A stretch of 64,000 bases of DNA from an uncultured Candidatus Rokubacteria bacterium (GTDB lineage Bacteria > Methylomirabilota > Methylomirabilia > Rokubacteriales > CSP1-6): NCBI GenBank assembly GCA_963747235.1, contig CAVVEU010000039.1:11879-75878 (forward strand), read 5' to 3'. Positions within the stretch are counted from its first letter, which is position 1. Every line of letters begins with the position of its first letter. The position numbers and the translations under genes were made by a program. Shown piece after piece: positions 1-10,441 of the stretch. The notes under the pieces are model-generated. The model was not told the DNA's origin, did not search any database, and saw only the letters and a program-made list of their open reading frames with translations.

Positions 1-7
1 ACGCGTG

Positions 8-44
8 TGGGGCGCGCACGCCGCAGCGTAGCGGTCCTGTCCCA
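8..44. promoter_or_regulatory. putative enhancer (UAS), tandem palindromes
   Basis: TGGGGC-GCGCAC-GCCGCA (8-25) and CGTAGC-N6-GTCCCA (27-44), 90 and 71 bp upstream of a sigma-54 site. Confidence 0.55.
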
Positions 45-97
45 CTCGCGCGACGCGTTCCGCCCGCCAACATCTCGAATCCTCTGCGATATCCGCT

Positions 98-113
98 TGG
101 CACCTCGCTTGCT
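98..113 (+). promoter_or_regulatory. sigma-54 (-24/-12) promoter
   Basis: TGGCAC-CTCGC-TTGCT, GG-N10-GC spacing, upstream of AGGAGG and the ORF at 164. Confidence 0.85.
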
Positions 114-163
114 CACCAGATCAACGTCGAGATCCAGGCGATGAAGACCGCGACAGGAGGACG

Positions 164-457
164 GTGATGCGAAGCAGCCGGGTTTTCGTGGTGGGAGCGA
201 TCGTGGGGGCCGCCGTGGTGTGGCTGTGGGGCCGGGAGGTGGAGGCCTACGTGGAGGAGAAGACGCGCGGGGTGCGCACGACGGTCGCGGAGGGAGTCCG
301 GGCGGTCGAGGAGACGGCCGGGCAGGTGCTGGACCGCAGCGGTGAGGCCCTGCGTCGGGCCGACGACTTCTTGCAGGACACGAAGGCGCATGTGAGCGAA
401 GCGCTCCGGGCCGGGCAGGAGGCGATCCGCCCGGCACCCGCGGCCAGAGAATCGTAA
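164..457 (+). CDS. small membrane-anchored general stress protein (YtxH-like)
   Basis: N-terminal TM helix then amphipathic helix; AGGAGG RBS. Confidence 0.6.
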   Translation: MMRSSRVFVVGAIVGAAVVWLWGREVEAYVEEKTRGVRTTVAEGVRAVEETAGQVLDRSGEALRRADDFLQDTKAHVSEALRAGQEAIRPAPAARES

Positions 458-475
458 CGAGGGAAGGAGAGGGCC

Positions 476-703
476 ATGAAGCCTGTGACTATCGTCGGTG
501 TCGCCCTGATCGTTCTCGGCGTGCTGGCCTTGGCCTATCAGGGCATCACGTACACGACGCGTGAGCAGATCATCGACCTGGGACCGGTCAAGGCCTCGGT
601 CGACAAGAAGAAGAGCATCCCGCTGCCTCCGATCGTCGGCGCGCTCGCGCTTGCCGGGGGTGTGGTGCTGATCTTCATCGGATCTCGAAAGTCCTCGGCA
701 TGA
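476..703 (+). CDS. small two-TM membrane protein (DUF3185-like)
   Basis: GVALIVLG...IIDLGP...IPLPPIVG pattern; AAGGAG RBS. Confidence 0.7.
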   Translation: MKPVTIVGVALIVLGVLALAYQGITYTTREQIIDLGPVKASVDKKKSIPLPPIVGALALAGGVVLIFIGSRKSSA

Positions 704-749
704 TCATCCTCGGCTCCGTGCGAGACATACGCATCCGGTAGCGCTCCAT

Positions 750-1313
750 GTGGCCCACGTCGTGTTGATCCAGGAGCTGAGCAGCCAGGCGAGCCTGGAC
801 CTGCTGGCCCGCACGCGGCTCGGCAGGCTGGCGTGCAGTCAGGGGGGCCAGCCCTACGTGGTGCCCGTCTATTTCGCGTACGCGGATCATTCGCTCTATG
901 GCTTTGCCACCCTCGGGAAGAAGATCGACTGGATGCGCGCCAACCCCTTGGTTTGTGTCGAGGTGGACGAGGTGGTGAGCCCGCAGCAATGGACGAGCGT
1001 CATCGTCTTCGGTCGTTACGAGGAGCTGCCCGACACGCCGGAATGGCGGAACACGCGCGCATTCGCCCACGAACTGCTGAAGCACCCCGGCATGTGGTGG
1101 GAGCCGGCATACGTGAAGACCATACTCGGAGGGGCCCCGCGCCCGCTCGTGCCGGTCTTCTACCGGATCCGCATTGTTGAGACCACCGGACACCGAGCCA
1201 CTCCGGAGGGGGTGCCGCCGACGGAACGCCGGTCCACGATCGCCTCGGGTGAGGCTGGGTGGCTGGAGCGGCTGCTGCGGCAGGTCCGGGGCGAGCGGCG
1301 GGGCCGGCGGTGA
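750..1313 (+). CDS. pyridoxamine 5'-phosphate oxidase-like flavin-binding protein
   Basis: GRLAC...PYVVP...GKKIDWMRANPLVCVEVD...WTSVIVFGRYEEL. Confidence 0.85.
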   Translation: MAHVVLIQELSSQASLDLLARTRLGRLACSQGGQPYVVPVYFAYADHSLYGFATLGKKIDWMRANPLVCVEVDEVVSPQQWTSVIVFGRYEELPDTPEWRNTRAFAHELLKHPGMWWEPAYVKTILGGAPRPLVPVFYRIRIVETTGHRATPEGVPPTERRSTIASGEAGWLERLLRQVRGERRGRR

Positions 1314-2336
1314 GCGGCTGGGAGCCGATCCGGAAGTCGGCGGAGGATGGATCTGTCGCCCCGAATCTCGCGGACTACGCGCGGGGCCGCGCCGAGTTCT
1401 CGTGGCAAGGCGCGCGCGGCCCTCGACGGGCTGTCGGACGGGCGAGGGCTGAACATCGCCCATGAGGCGGTCGACCGTCACGTGGCTCCCGGCCACGGCG
1501 AGCACGTGGCGCTGCGGTGGCTCGGCAAGCGGGGCCAGGCCGTCGACTTCACCTACGCCAGCCTCGCCGAGCTGACGAGCCGCTTCGCCAATGTCCTGCG
1601 CTCGCTCGGCGTGGGCCCGGGCGAGCGGGTCTACGCCCTGGCCGGACGCATTCCCGAGCTCTACGTCGCCGCGCTCGGCACGCTCAAGAGCCGCGGCGTG
1701 TTCTGCCCGATGTTCTCCGCGTTCGGCCCCGAGCCGATTCGCGTCGGCATGGCGACCGGCCACGCTCGCGTGCTCGTCACCACGGAGTCCCTGTACCGGC
1801 GGAAGATCGCCGGGATCCGGGCGGCGCTCCCGGATCTCCGGCACGTGCTGCTGGTCGGTGACGACCGCGGGCCCACCGGCGTTCCGGGAACGCTGGACTA
1901 TGCCACCCTGATGGCGCGCGCCGACGGACGGTTCGACATCGAGCGGACGGACCCGGAGGAGATGGCCCTGCTGCATTTCACCAGCGGCACCACCGGCCGG
2001 CCCAAGGGCGCGGTGCACGTGCACGAGGCCGTCGTCGCGCACCACATCACGGGGCGGCTCGCGCTCGATCTCCATCCGGAGGACGTCTTCTGGTGCACCG
2101 CGGATCCGGGCTGGGTCACCGGGACGTCCTACGGGATCATCGCGCCGCTGACCTGCGGGATCACCCACCGCCAAGCCAAGCGGCTCGGGGTCAAGCGGCT
2201 CGTGTTCGCGCATCTCGGCCGGCCCCCCCTCCGGGCGTTGTCCCGCGGAAAGAAGCCCCCGTTCGGGGAACTGGCGGCCGATGGGCAGACGTTCGGGGTT
2301 GTGCGGCGGCCTCGGCTGCCCGGGCGGTCCCGGTAG
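1310..2336 (+). pseudogene. acsA: truncated acetyl-CoA synthetase fused to an unrelated C-terminal fragment
   Basis: [22 protein letters not shown] and [11 protein letters not shown] motifs; similarity stops at ~2165; frameshift at ~1415. Confidence 0.75.
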
Positions 2337-2416
2337 TCGAAGGAGGGCGCGATGAGGAAGGAGCACGAGGTGCGCGAAAGCCGTCGTCCCTGGAAATCCG
2401 GCCGGCGTGCCCCACG

Positions 2417-2434
2417 TGTGGCGCGCACGCCTCA
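2417..2434. promoter_or_regulatory. putative enhancer palindrome
   Basis: TGTGGC-GCGCAC-GCCTCA, 107 bp upstream of a sigma-54 site. Confidence 0.5.
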
Positions 2435-2523
2435 TCTCTACCAGAGCCCCCCCCGGCTCGCCGGCGCCCGACAACTCGCAGCAACCCAAGCGTTATCACA
2501 CCATGGCCAGAGAGAAGTCGAGC

Positions 2524-2539
2524 TGGCACGGACGATGCT
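2524..2539 (+). promoter_or_regulatory. sigma-54 promoter
   Basis: TGGCAC-GGACG-ATGCT with correct GG-N10-GC spacing, intergenic. Confidence 0.7.
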
Positions 2540-2742
2540 CTGGTGATTCCGAGAGACCTGGACGGCCATGCCCTGGGAGCGGTTCGAGATCGTGCTGCCG
2601 AACTGAGGGAGGAGTTCGATCACAGTGAAAGGAGGCATGAAGAGCCCCGCAAATGTTCCACCTCACGTCTAGCCAAGGCTGATGTAGCTCGTGGGCCGCG
2701 GTGCGATGAGCGCGACCCCCGAGAAGGGGAAGGAGACCAGTC

Positions 2743-3417
2743 ATGTCCCAGGCGATCAAGAAGAATGACACGCAGATCCATCATGACGTGCTCGAGGAGC
2801 TCAAGTGGGATTCCCGCGTCGACGAGACGGAGGTCGGGCTCCAAGTGGCCGGTGGCGTTGTCACGCTGACCGGCATGGTGACGAGCTGGGCAAAGCGCAT
2901 GGCGGCCCAGGAGGCGGCCCGTCGCGTGATCGGTGTTCTCGATGTGGCGAACGACGTCAAGGTGAAGGTGCCGGGTGGCCTCGCGCGCACCGACACCGAG
3001 ATCGCTCAGGCGGTGCGGCAGGCACTCGAATGGGATGTGTTCGTCCCCAATGAGAAGATCACGTCCACGGTCACGGACGGCTGGGTCACGCTCGAAGGCC
3101 AGGTGGAGCGCTGGAGTCAGCGCGACGATGCGGAGCGGGCCGTCCGCAATCTGACGGGTGTGAAGATGGTCGTGAACAAGATCACCGTCACACCGGCGAA
3201 GCCGGTGATCGGGGACGTCCGGAAATCAATCGAGCAGACCCTGGAGCGGCGCGCCGAGCGCGAGGCCCGGCAGATCGCGGTGGATGTCCGGGAGGGCACC
3301 GTGACGCTGACGGGGCCGGTCCATTCGTGGGCGGAGCGCAAGTCGGTTCTGGCCGCCGCCCGCTTCACTCCTGGTGTCCGAGCCGTCGTGGATCATCTGC
3401 GAACCGAGCCGGTCTGA
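2743..3417 (+). CDS. BON domain protein (three BON domains, OsmY-like)
   Basis: three repeats of G.VTL.G.V.....R..A......GV..V.N; AAGGAG RBS. Confidence 0.9.
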   Translation: MSQAIKKNDTQIHHDVLEELKWDSRVDETEVGLQVAGGVVTLTGMVTSWAKRMAAQEAARRVIGVLDVANDVKVKVPGGLARTDTEIAQAVRQALEWDVFVPNEKITSTVTDGWVTLEGQVERWSQRDDAERAVRNLTGVKMVVNKITVTPAKPVIGDVRKSIEQTLERRAEREARQIAVDVREGTVTLTGPVHSWAERKSVLAAARFTPGVRAVVDHLRTEPV

Positions 3418-3548
3418 GGAAGTAGACGCCGCGACCGAGATCCACATCGCGGGCAAGGTGGGCCGTCTGCCGGTTCATCCCGGGGGCGGCTCACGTCCTA
3501 GCGCGAGCGGAGGAGGGGACTCGAGGGAATCCCCCAAGGAGAACTCTT

Positions 3549-3929
3549 ATGTACAAGCGCGCACTAGTCCCGCTCGACGGCTCGTCCGTGGCCGAAGCCA
3601 TCATCCCGTTCATCCTGGACATCGCCGGCCCCCGCGACATGGAGGTGGTCCTGCTCCGGGTCGTCGAGCCGATCCCGCCCGTGGTGGCCGAGGGGGCACG
3701 CAATCCGGCCGACGAGATCGTGGCGGCTGCCCGCGAAACCGGTGCCGATCTGATCGCGATGTCCACCCACGGCCGCAGCGGTCTGGACCGACTGGTGTTC
3801 GGTTCTGTCGCGCAGGCCGTGCTGCGCCATGTCGAGATCCCGGTGTTCCTGATGCGCACGACGGAAGCCCAGGTGGCCAAGCGCGTCGCCCGGGCTCCGA
3901 TCGAGAAGCAGGCCGGGAAACGCCCATAG
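3549..3929 (+). CDS. universal stress protein with apparent internal deletion
   Basis: LVPLDGS...ADLIAMSTHGRSGL..GSVAQAVLR; middle helix appears missing. Confidence 0.75.
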   Translation: MYKRALVPLDGSSVAEAIIPFILDIAGPRDMEVVLLRVVEPIPPVVAEGARNPADEIVAAARETGADLIAMSTHGRSGLDRLVFGSVAQAVLRHVEIPVFLMRTTEAQVAKRVARAPIEKQAGKRP

Positions 3930-3945
3930 CACAAGGGGTACGAGC

Positions 3946-4119
3946 ATGGATATGTGCATCTGCGGCCATTCCGACCGGGAGCACGACCAGACGGGCGAAT
4001 GCCGGGCGGCCGGCTGCCGCTGCAAGCACTTCAAGCCGGAGATCGCCCTTGGGGCGCCGCGGCCGCATGGAAGCGCGGGCGCCCCGGCCGTGGTCCACCC
4101 GCCGATCCGAGAGACGGCT
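3946..4119 (+). CDS. small Cys/His-rich putative Zn-binding peptide (3' end uncertain)
   Basis: CICGHSDREH...CRAAGCRCKHF; the frame runs on into an Hsp20 remnant. Confidence 0.4.
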
Positions 4120-4568
4120 ATGACGCGTGGACTGATGCCGTGGACGGGGACCGCTGGTTCGATCGCCTCGGGGAGCTCAACCGGCAGGGCATCGCGTTCG
4201 CCCGGGCGATCCGCGCCAAGGTGACCGCGCTCACGGTCTCGCCGTCGTTCTACGCCTTCGAGGTCGATCCGATCATGGTGGGCTACATTCCGTCGCCGGA
4301 GCAATACGCGACGAGCGCCGCGGCCCGGGCCGAGCAGTATCTCGCGGGGGCGACGGTGGAGGCGGGAATCGCCGGGGTCCCCTGCGAGACCCTGCACGTG
4401 ACGCGGGACCATGTTTACGAGGTGATCGTCGACACCGCCGGCACGAAGGGCTGCGATCTGATCTTCATGGCGTCGCATGGGCGCAAGGGGATCTCAGCGT
4501 TCGTGCTCGGCAGCGAGACCTACAAGGTGCTCAGCCACAGCAAGATCCCCGTGCTGGTCTGCCGGTGA
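4120..4568 (+). pseudogene. chimeric remnant: Hsp20 5' end joined to a USP lacking its N-terminus
   Basis: 4120-4148 matches the hsp20 start at 15744 at 27/29 nt (MTRGLMPWTG); downstream CDLIFMASHGRKG..LGSETYKVLSHSKIPVLVCR is a USP C-terminus. Confidence 0.7.
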
Positions 4569-4569
4569 C

Positions 4570-5088
4570 CTACCACCTCACGTCCCGGATCCCGAGCCAG
4601 TAGGCGAGGTGGTTCACGAGAATGTGTCCGATCACGCTGAGCGCGAGGATGGTCGCCAGATCGACCCATGACAGCGCCGCCGCACCCCAGACGAGCGCGA
4701 GCGCGCCCAGCACGAAGTCGATCTGGTCCCAGGGGATCCAGGGCCGGCCCGGGGCGATTCCGGCGCGGCGCTTGACGAAGCTCTTCGCGGTGTCGCCGGC
4801 CATGGCGCCCACGCCAAAGCGGAGCCCGAGCGTCAGCCAGGCTTCGGGAGCGGCGAGCGCGCCCTCCCAGGCGATGCGGGACTGGACGAACGTCGCCGCC
4901 ACCGCCGCGAGGACGCCGATGGCGAACCCCCCGGCGGTCTTGTGGGAGCCGAGCCACCGTTGGCTGAGCGGCGGGTTCCACCCGCTCCAGTCCCGGACGA
5001 ACGGGGGGGCCATGTTGGCGGCGTAGGCCGGTGCCATGAAGTAGAGGAGCTGGACCACGCGGAAGAGAATCGGAGCGAGGGTGATCAT
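4570..5088 (-). CDS. CDP-archaeol synthase (CarS/DUF46)-like membrane CTP-transferase
   Basis: PAYAANMAP, LGSHKT..G, GD.AKSFVKRR.GI.PG...PWDQIDF motifs. Confidence 0.8.
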   Translation of the reverse strand: MITLAPILFRVVQLLYFMAPAYAANMAPPFVRDWSGWNPPLSQRWLGSHKTAGGFAIGVLAAVAATFVQSRIAWEGALAAPEAWLTLGLRFGVGAMAGDTAKSFVKRRAGIAPGRPWIPWDQIDFVLGALALVWGAAALSWVDLATILALSVIGHILVNHLAYWLGIRDVRW

Positions 5089-5121
5089 GCGTGGGCTCCG
5101 ATTGGCTGAGGAGGCCCGAGC

Positions 5122-5548
5122 ATGGCGAAGATCCGAACGGTGATGGTGGCGTCCGATTTCTCGTCGGTCTCGGACGCCGCGTTCGCGCGCGCGGTGGCGC
5201 TGGCCAAGGCCAATCGCGCAAAGCTCCTGGTGATGCACGCGGTGATGCTCTCCACTCCGCCCCTGGGCAGCCAGTACGTCCCACCGCCGACCTGGGATCG
5301 GATCGAGGCGGCCCTGCACGCGGCGGCGAAGAAGCAGGTCGGGGCGCTGGTGGCGAAGGCCAGGCGGGCGGGCGTCCGCGCCGCGGGTCTGGTCGTGGCC
5401 GGAAGCCCGTATGAGGTCATCGTCCGGGCGGCCAGGTCGAAGCGCGCGGACGTCCTCGTGCTCGGCACGCACGGTCGCACCGGGTTGCCGCGCTTCTTCC
5501 TGGGCAGCGTGGCCGCGCGCGCCCTCGCGACCGCGCCCTGCCCGGTGC

Positions 5549-5568
<20 letters not shown>
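5122..5568 (+). CDS. universal stress protein
   Basis: VASDFS...LGTHGRTG...LGSVA...PCPVLT. Confidence 0.92.
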
Positions 5569-6754
<1,186 letters not shown>

Positions 6755-6768
6755 GAGCCACCTCCCGG

Positions 6769-7791
6769 TCAGCGCGGGGCGTACCGCCGCGTGATGTTCG
6801 GCACGAGGTATTCCTCGAACGTGCGCCTGAGATCGTAGGCCGGCCGGAAGCCCCAGTCGCGTCGAGCCGGCGTGTCGTCCACGTCCTCGGGCCACGAATC
6901 GACGATGGCCTGCCGGCGCCGGTCCGGCGCGAAGGAGATCCGGGCTTCCGGAAACACGCTGCGCACGAGATCGGCCAGCTCGCCGGCGCTGGGGCTGAAG
7001 GCGGCGACGTTGTAGACCGGCCTGGTCAGCGATCCGGCCGGCGCCTCGAGCAGCGCCAGCAGGGCGGTGATCGCGTCGGGCATGGCCATGAACGGGATGC
7101 GGGTGTCCTCCCGGACGAAGCAGGCGTACGGGCGTCGCTGAGCCGCGGCGTGGATCATCTCCGGCGCGTAGTCGCTCGTGCCGCCACTCGGCTCCGTGAA
7201 GGCGGAGATCAGCCCGGGGAGGCGGATCGCCCGGAAATCGACCCCGCTCGGCTCGCCGGCCGCCAGCTGGCGGTAGTGACGCGCGAAGTAGCGCCCGAGG
7301 TGCTCGCAGTAGAGCTTGTTGCAGCCGTACATCGTGGTGGGCGAGAGCCACACGGGTTCGGTCACCTTCCCGGCCGCGCGCTTGGTGTCGAGGTCCGGCA
7401 TCCCGTAGACCGCGATCGAGCTCGGGAAGAGGAACCGGACCGGATGGCCGAGCGAGCGGGCCTCGTCCACGGCCAGACGCAAGAGGTTCAACGTGCCCTG
7501 CACGTTGACCTCGTGGGCCGTTTCCGGCACGAACTCCGCCCGCGTGGAGAGGAGCGCGGCCAGATGGAAAACGACCGAGATCTCGAACTCGCTGCGGAGA
7601 CGGTCCAGCAGGTGGCGGTCGAGGATGTCCCCGATCCGGGTCGCCGCGCAGCGCCGCGCGATTGCCTCGTCCATGGCCCGGACGTCGAGGGCCAGCACGT
7701 CGTAGACCGCGAGATCCGCGAGTTGATGGATGAGGCCGTGTCCGACCTCGCCCCCCGCGCCGGTCACCAGGACCACCGGCCTGCGTGTCAT
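6769..7791 (-). CDS. NAD-dependent epimerase family L-threonine 3-dehydrogenase (SDR type)
   Basis: [27 protein letters not shown]; adjacent to kbl. Confidence 0.85.
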   Translation of the reverse strand: MTRRPVVLVTGAGGEVGHGLIHQLADLAVYDVLALDVRAMDEAIARRCAATRIGDILDRHLLDRLRSEFEISVVFHLAALLSTRAEFVPETAHEVNVQGTLNLLRLAVDEARSLGHPVRFLFPSSIAVYGMPDLDTKRAAGKVTEPVWLSPTTMYGCNKLYCEHLGRYFARHYRQLAAGEPSGVDFRAIRLPGLISAFTEPSGGTSDYAPEMIHAAAQRRPYACFVREDTRIPFMAMPDAITALLALLEAPAGSLTRPVYNVAAFSPSAGELADLVRSVFPEARISFAPDRRRQAIVDSWPEDVDDTPARRDWGFRPAYDLRRTFEEYLVPNITRRYAPR

Positions 7792-7855
7792 CAGGACTCT
7801 CCTGGCCCCGACCGATAGCAGGGCCGGCGGCCCTGCGCAAGAGCACCGGGCCTGC

Positions 7856-7893
7856 CGGGACTCCGCCGCCTCATCCGGGGAGCCGTCGCCTCA
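7856..7893. promoter_or_regulatory. putative enhancer, tandem palindromes
   Basis: CGGGAC-N6-GCCTCA (7856) and CGGGGA-N6-GCCTCA (7876), 100 and 80 bp upstream of a sigma-54 site. Confidence 0.55.
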
Positions 7894-7955
7894 CTCGCCC
7901 ACGCCCGGCGAGGCTCAGTCCGGATGATGAGGGCGGGAATCCTCGGCCGACCGCG

Positions 7956-7971
7956 TGGCACCGCCTTTGCT
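7956..7971 (+). promoter_or_regulatory. sigma-54 promoter
   Basis: TGGCAC-CGCCT-TTGCT. Confidence 0.85.
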
Positions 7972-8001
7972 CCAGCTTCGCGTGGAGCCCAGGAGGCCGC
8001 C

Positions 8002-8421
8002 ATGATCGCACGCGAGCTGATGACACCGGACCCGCTGACCGTGACGCCCCAGGCGAGCGTCGCCGAGGTGTGGGACCTCATGCGCGAGGCGGACGTCCGG
8101 CACATCCCGGTCGTCCAGGCTGATGCCCTGGTGGGCATGGTGAGCGATCGCGACCTCGGGCGCGTGGACATCGCCCGGCTGCTGAATGTCGAGGGAGCGG
8201 GCGCGCTCCGGGATGAGCTGGCAACGCCGATCGTCCGGGTCATGACCTCCCAGGTGATCGCGGTGGGGCCGGAGGCGGACATCGGCGAGGTGATCGAGCT
8301 CCTGATCGAGCACAAGATCGGCGCGCTCCCGGTGGTCCAGGAGGAGACCCGCGAGGTGCTGGGGATCATCAGCTACGTGGACGTGCTAAGGGCGCTGCAG
8401 GGCGTGCTGGACGAGAACTGA
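8002..8421 (+). CDS. CBS domain-pair protein
   Basis: RHIPVV...GMVSDRD...IGALPVV; AGGAGG RBS. Confidence 0.9.
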   Translation: MIARELMTPDPLTVTPQASVAEVWDLMREADVRHIPVVQADALVGMVSDRDLGRVDIARLLNVEGAGALRDELATPIVRVMTSQVIAVGPEADIGEVIELLIEHKIGALPVVQEETREVLGIISYVDVLRALQGVLDEN

Positions 8422-8441
8422 ACGAACGGGCCGGTGCCGCC

Positions 8442-9557
8442 TTGAAGAGTCAGCTCGAGGTTGCCGAGGTCTGGGGGATCCCGATCCGTGTCCATCTGAG
8501 CTGGGTCCTCGTCTTCGGCCTCGTGACCTGGTCGCTGGCGGCCGGCTACTTCCCAGCCGAGTATCCGGGCTGGACCGTCCCGTCCTACTGGGCGATCGGA
8601 GCGGTCACCGCGCTCGCCTTCTTCGCGTCCATCCTGATCCACGAGCTGGGGCACTCATGGGTGGCCCGGCGAAACGGGATCCCGATCGAGAGCATCACCC
8701 TGTTCGTGTTCGGCGGCGTGGCCCGGATCTCCCGGGAGCCGGACACGCCGGGCGTGGAGTTCCGGATGGCGATCGCCGGACCCGTGACGAGCTTCGTGCT
8801 GGCCGGCCTGTTCGCGGGAGCGTGGCAGCTGGCCTGGGAGGCGCCGCTGCTCGCGGCGCCCGCGATCTGGCTGGCCCGCATCAACTTCCTCGTGGCGGTC
8901 TTCAACCTGGTGCCCGGCTTCCCGCTGGACGGCGGCCGCCTCTTGCGCGCGGCGGTGTGGCACTTCACCGGGAGCCTCCATCGCGCGAGCCAGGTCGCGG
9001 CCTTCAGCGGCCAGCTCGTGGCGTTCGGCCTCATCGGCTGGGGCATCCTGACCGTGATGGGGGGCAACGTGATCGGGGGCATGTGGCTCGCCTTCATCGG
9101 CTGGTTCCTCCAGAATGCCGCCGCCCACAGCCACGCCGAGGCCAATCTGCGGGAGCTGCTGCGCGACGTGACGGTGGCCCAGGCGATGACATCGGACTGC
9201 CGGCGCATCGCGCGCGGCGCGAGCCTCGAGCGCATCGTCCGCGAGGAGGTGCTGGGGGCGGGGCGGCGCTGCTTCGCGGTGACGGAGGGCGAGCGGCTGA
9301 CGGGCCTGCTCACGCTGCACGAGATCAAGGCCATCCCGCAGGAGCGCTGGGCCGAGGTCACCGCGGGGGAGATCATGACGCCGGCGGAAAAGGTGACCGT
9401 GGTGGAGCCGAAGGCGGATCTGCTCACCGCGCTCAAGAAGATGGACGACGCCAACGTGGCACAGGTGCCGGTGCTGGCCGCCGGCGAGCTCGTCGGCATG
9501 ATCGGCCGGGAGCAGATTCTTCACTACGTCCGGGTGCGCGCCGAGCTGGGCGTGTAG
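8442..9557 (+). CDS. site-2 protease (M50) with C-terminal CBS pair (Rip3/Rv2625c-like)
   Basis: HELGH, FNLVPGFPLDGG, CBS domains. Confidence 0.92.
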   Translation: MKSQLEVAEVWGIPIRVHLSWVLVFGLVTWSLAAGYFPAEYPGWTVPSYWAIGAVTALAFFASILIHELGHSWVARRNGIPIESITLFVFGGVARISREPDTPGVEFRMAIAGPVTSFVLAGLFAGAWQLAWEAPLLAAPAIWLARINFLVAVFNLVPGFPLDGGRLLRAAVWHFTGSLHRASQVAAFSGQLVAFGLIGWGILTVMGGNVIGGMWLAFIGWFLQNAAAHSHAEANLRELLRDVTVAQAMTSDCRRIARGASLERIVREEVLGAGRRCFAVTEGERLTGLLTLHEIKAIPQERWAEVTAGEIMTPAEKVTVVEPKADLLTALKKMDDANVAQVPVLAAGELVGMIGREQILHYVRVRAELGV

Positions 9558-9573
9558 GGCGCGGTCCCCCGGG

Positions 9574-9720
9574 CTAGTCCCGGCCACTCCTGAAATCGAG
9601 CGCTTCCGCGGTGTACCGATTGCCGGGATTCCAGAGCATCCAACCGGTCGCCCCGCCATCCAGTGCGCCTCTCATCTGGGCGCGAATCTCCGGCACCCCG
9701 AACGAGCGGCGGTGCTGGCG
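9574..9720 (-). pseudogene. C-terminal remnant of a putative glycoside hydrolase (DUF4015-like)
   Basis: FGVPEIRAQMRGALDGGATGWMLWNPGNRY with no upstream gene body. Confidence 0.45.
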
Positions 9721-9996
9721 GCGCGGTGCACCCCCACACCACTCGTCTGTGCGCTCACTTCGGCCTTCGCCCGCTGGGACTGATCGGATCCGGCGCATTG
9801 CTCCTGACGATCGCCGGGCGCCCCCGGCGCTGCTCGGCGCCTTCGGACGTCGGCGGATCTCCGCCGCGGTCATCGGCGCGGTGACGCCCGGCCGGGGTGT
9901 CGATGCGTATCGAGGAGGGCGGCGGGTGGCCTTCCAATGGTCGCCCCGGGACGAGTTGACCCGTCTTCGGTAGCGCGGCACCGGCTTGCCCGCCCG

Positions 9997-10033
9997 CGGG
10001 GACGCCGCGCCCCGCTGGGGTGGCGTCGCCCCA
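9997..10033. promoter_or_regulatory. putative enhancer, tandem palindromes
   Basis: CGGGGA-N6-GCCCCG (9997) and TGGGGT-N6-GCCCCA (10016), 99 and 80 bp upstream of a sigma-54 site. Confidence 0.55.
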
Positions 10034-10095
10034 TCGAACCGGGTGCCCCCGCGGTGTAACCTGTCGGGATCCTGGGGTTCTGATGGTGCGGCTCG

Positions 10096-10111
10096 TGGCA
10101 GCAGAGTTGCA
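10096..10111 (+). promoter_or_regulatory. sigma-54 promoter
   Basis: TGGCAG-CAGAG-TTGCA. Confidence 0.8.
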
Positions 10112-10132
10112 AAGTCCTCTCGCGGGAGACCG

Positions 10133-10441
10133 ATGGCCATGAACAAGAGCGACCTGGTTCTCGAAGTGGCCCGGGCCGCGGGTCTCACCCGCGAGCTGAG
10201 CGAAGCGGTCGTGACCGCGGTATTCGAGCGGATCACGGAGGCGCTGGTGAGGGCGGAGCGCGTGGAGCTGCGCGGTCTGGGCACGTTCGAGGTGAGGCAG
10301 CGAGCCGCGCACGCCGGCCGGAACCCGAAGACCGGTGCCCCGGTCCAGGTCCCGACCCGGAAGGTCCCGTTCTTCCGGACCGGGAAGGAGCTGCGGGCGA
10401 TCCTGAATCCGCAGGCGGCGCCCGAGAAGGTCCACGCATGA
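10133..10441 (+). CDS. IHF/HU family DNA-binding protein (IHF-beta-like)
   Basis: MNKSDL...VELRGLGTF...GRNPKTG...VPFFRTGKELR. Confidence 0.9.
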   Translation: MAMNKSDLVLEVARAAGLTRELSEAVVTAVFERITEALVRAERVELRGLGTFEVRQRAAHAGRNPKTGAPVQVPTRKVPFFRTGKELRAILNPQAAPEKVHA

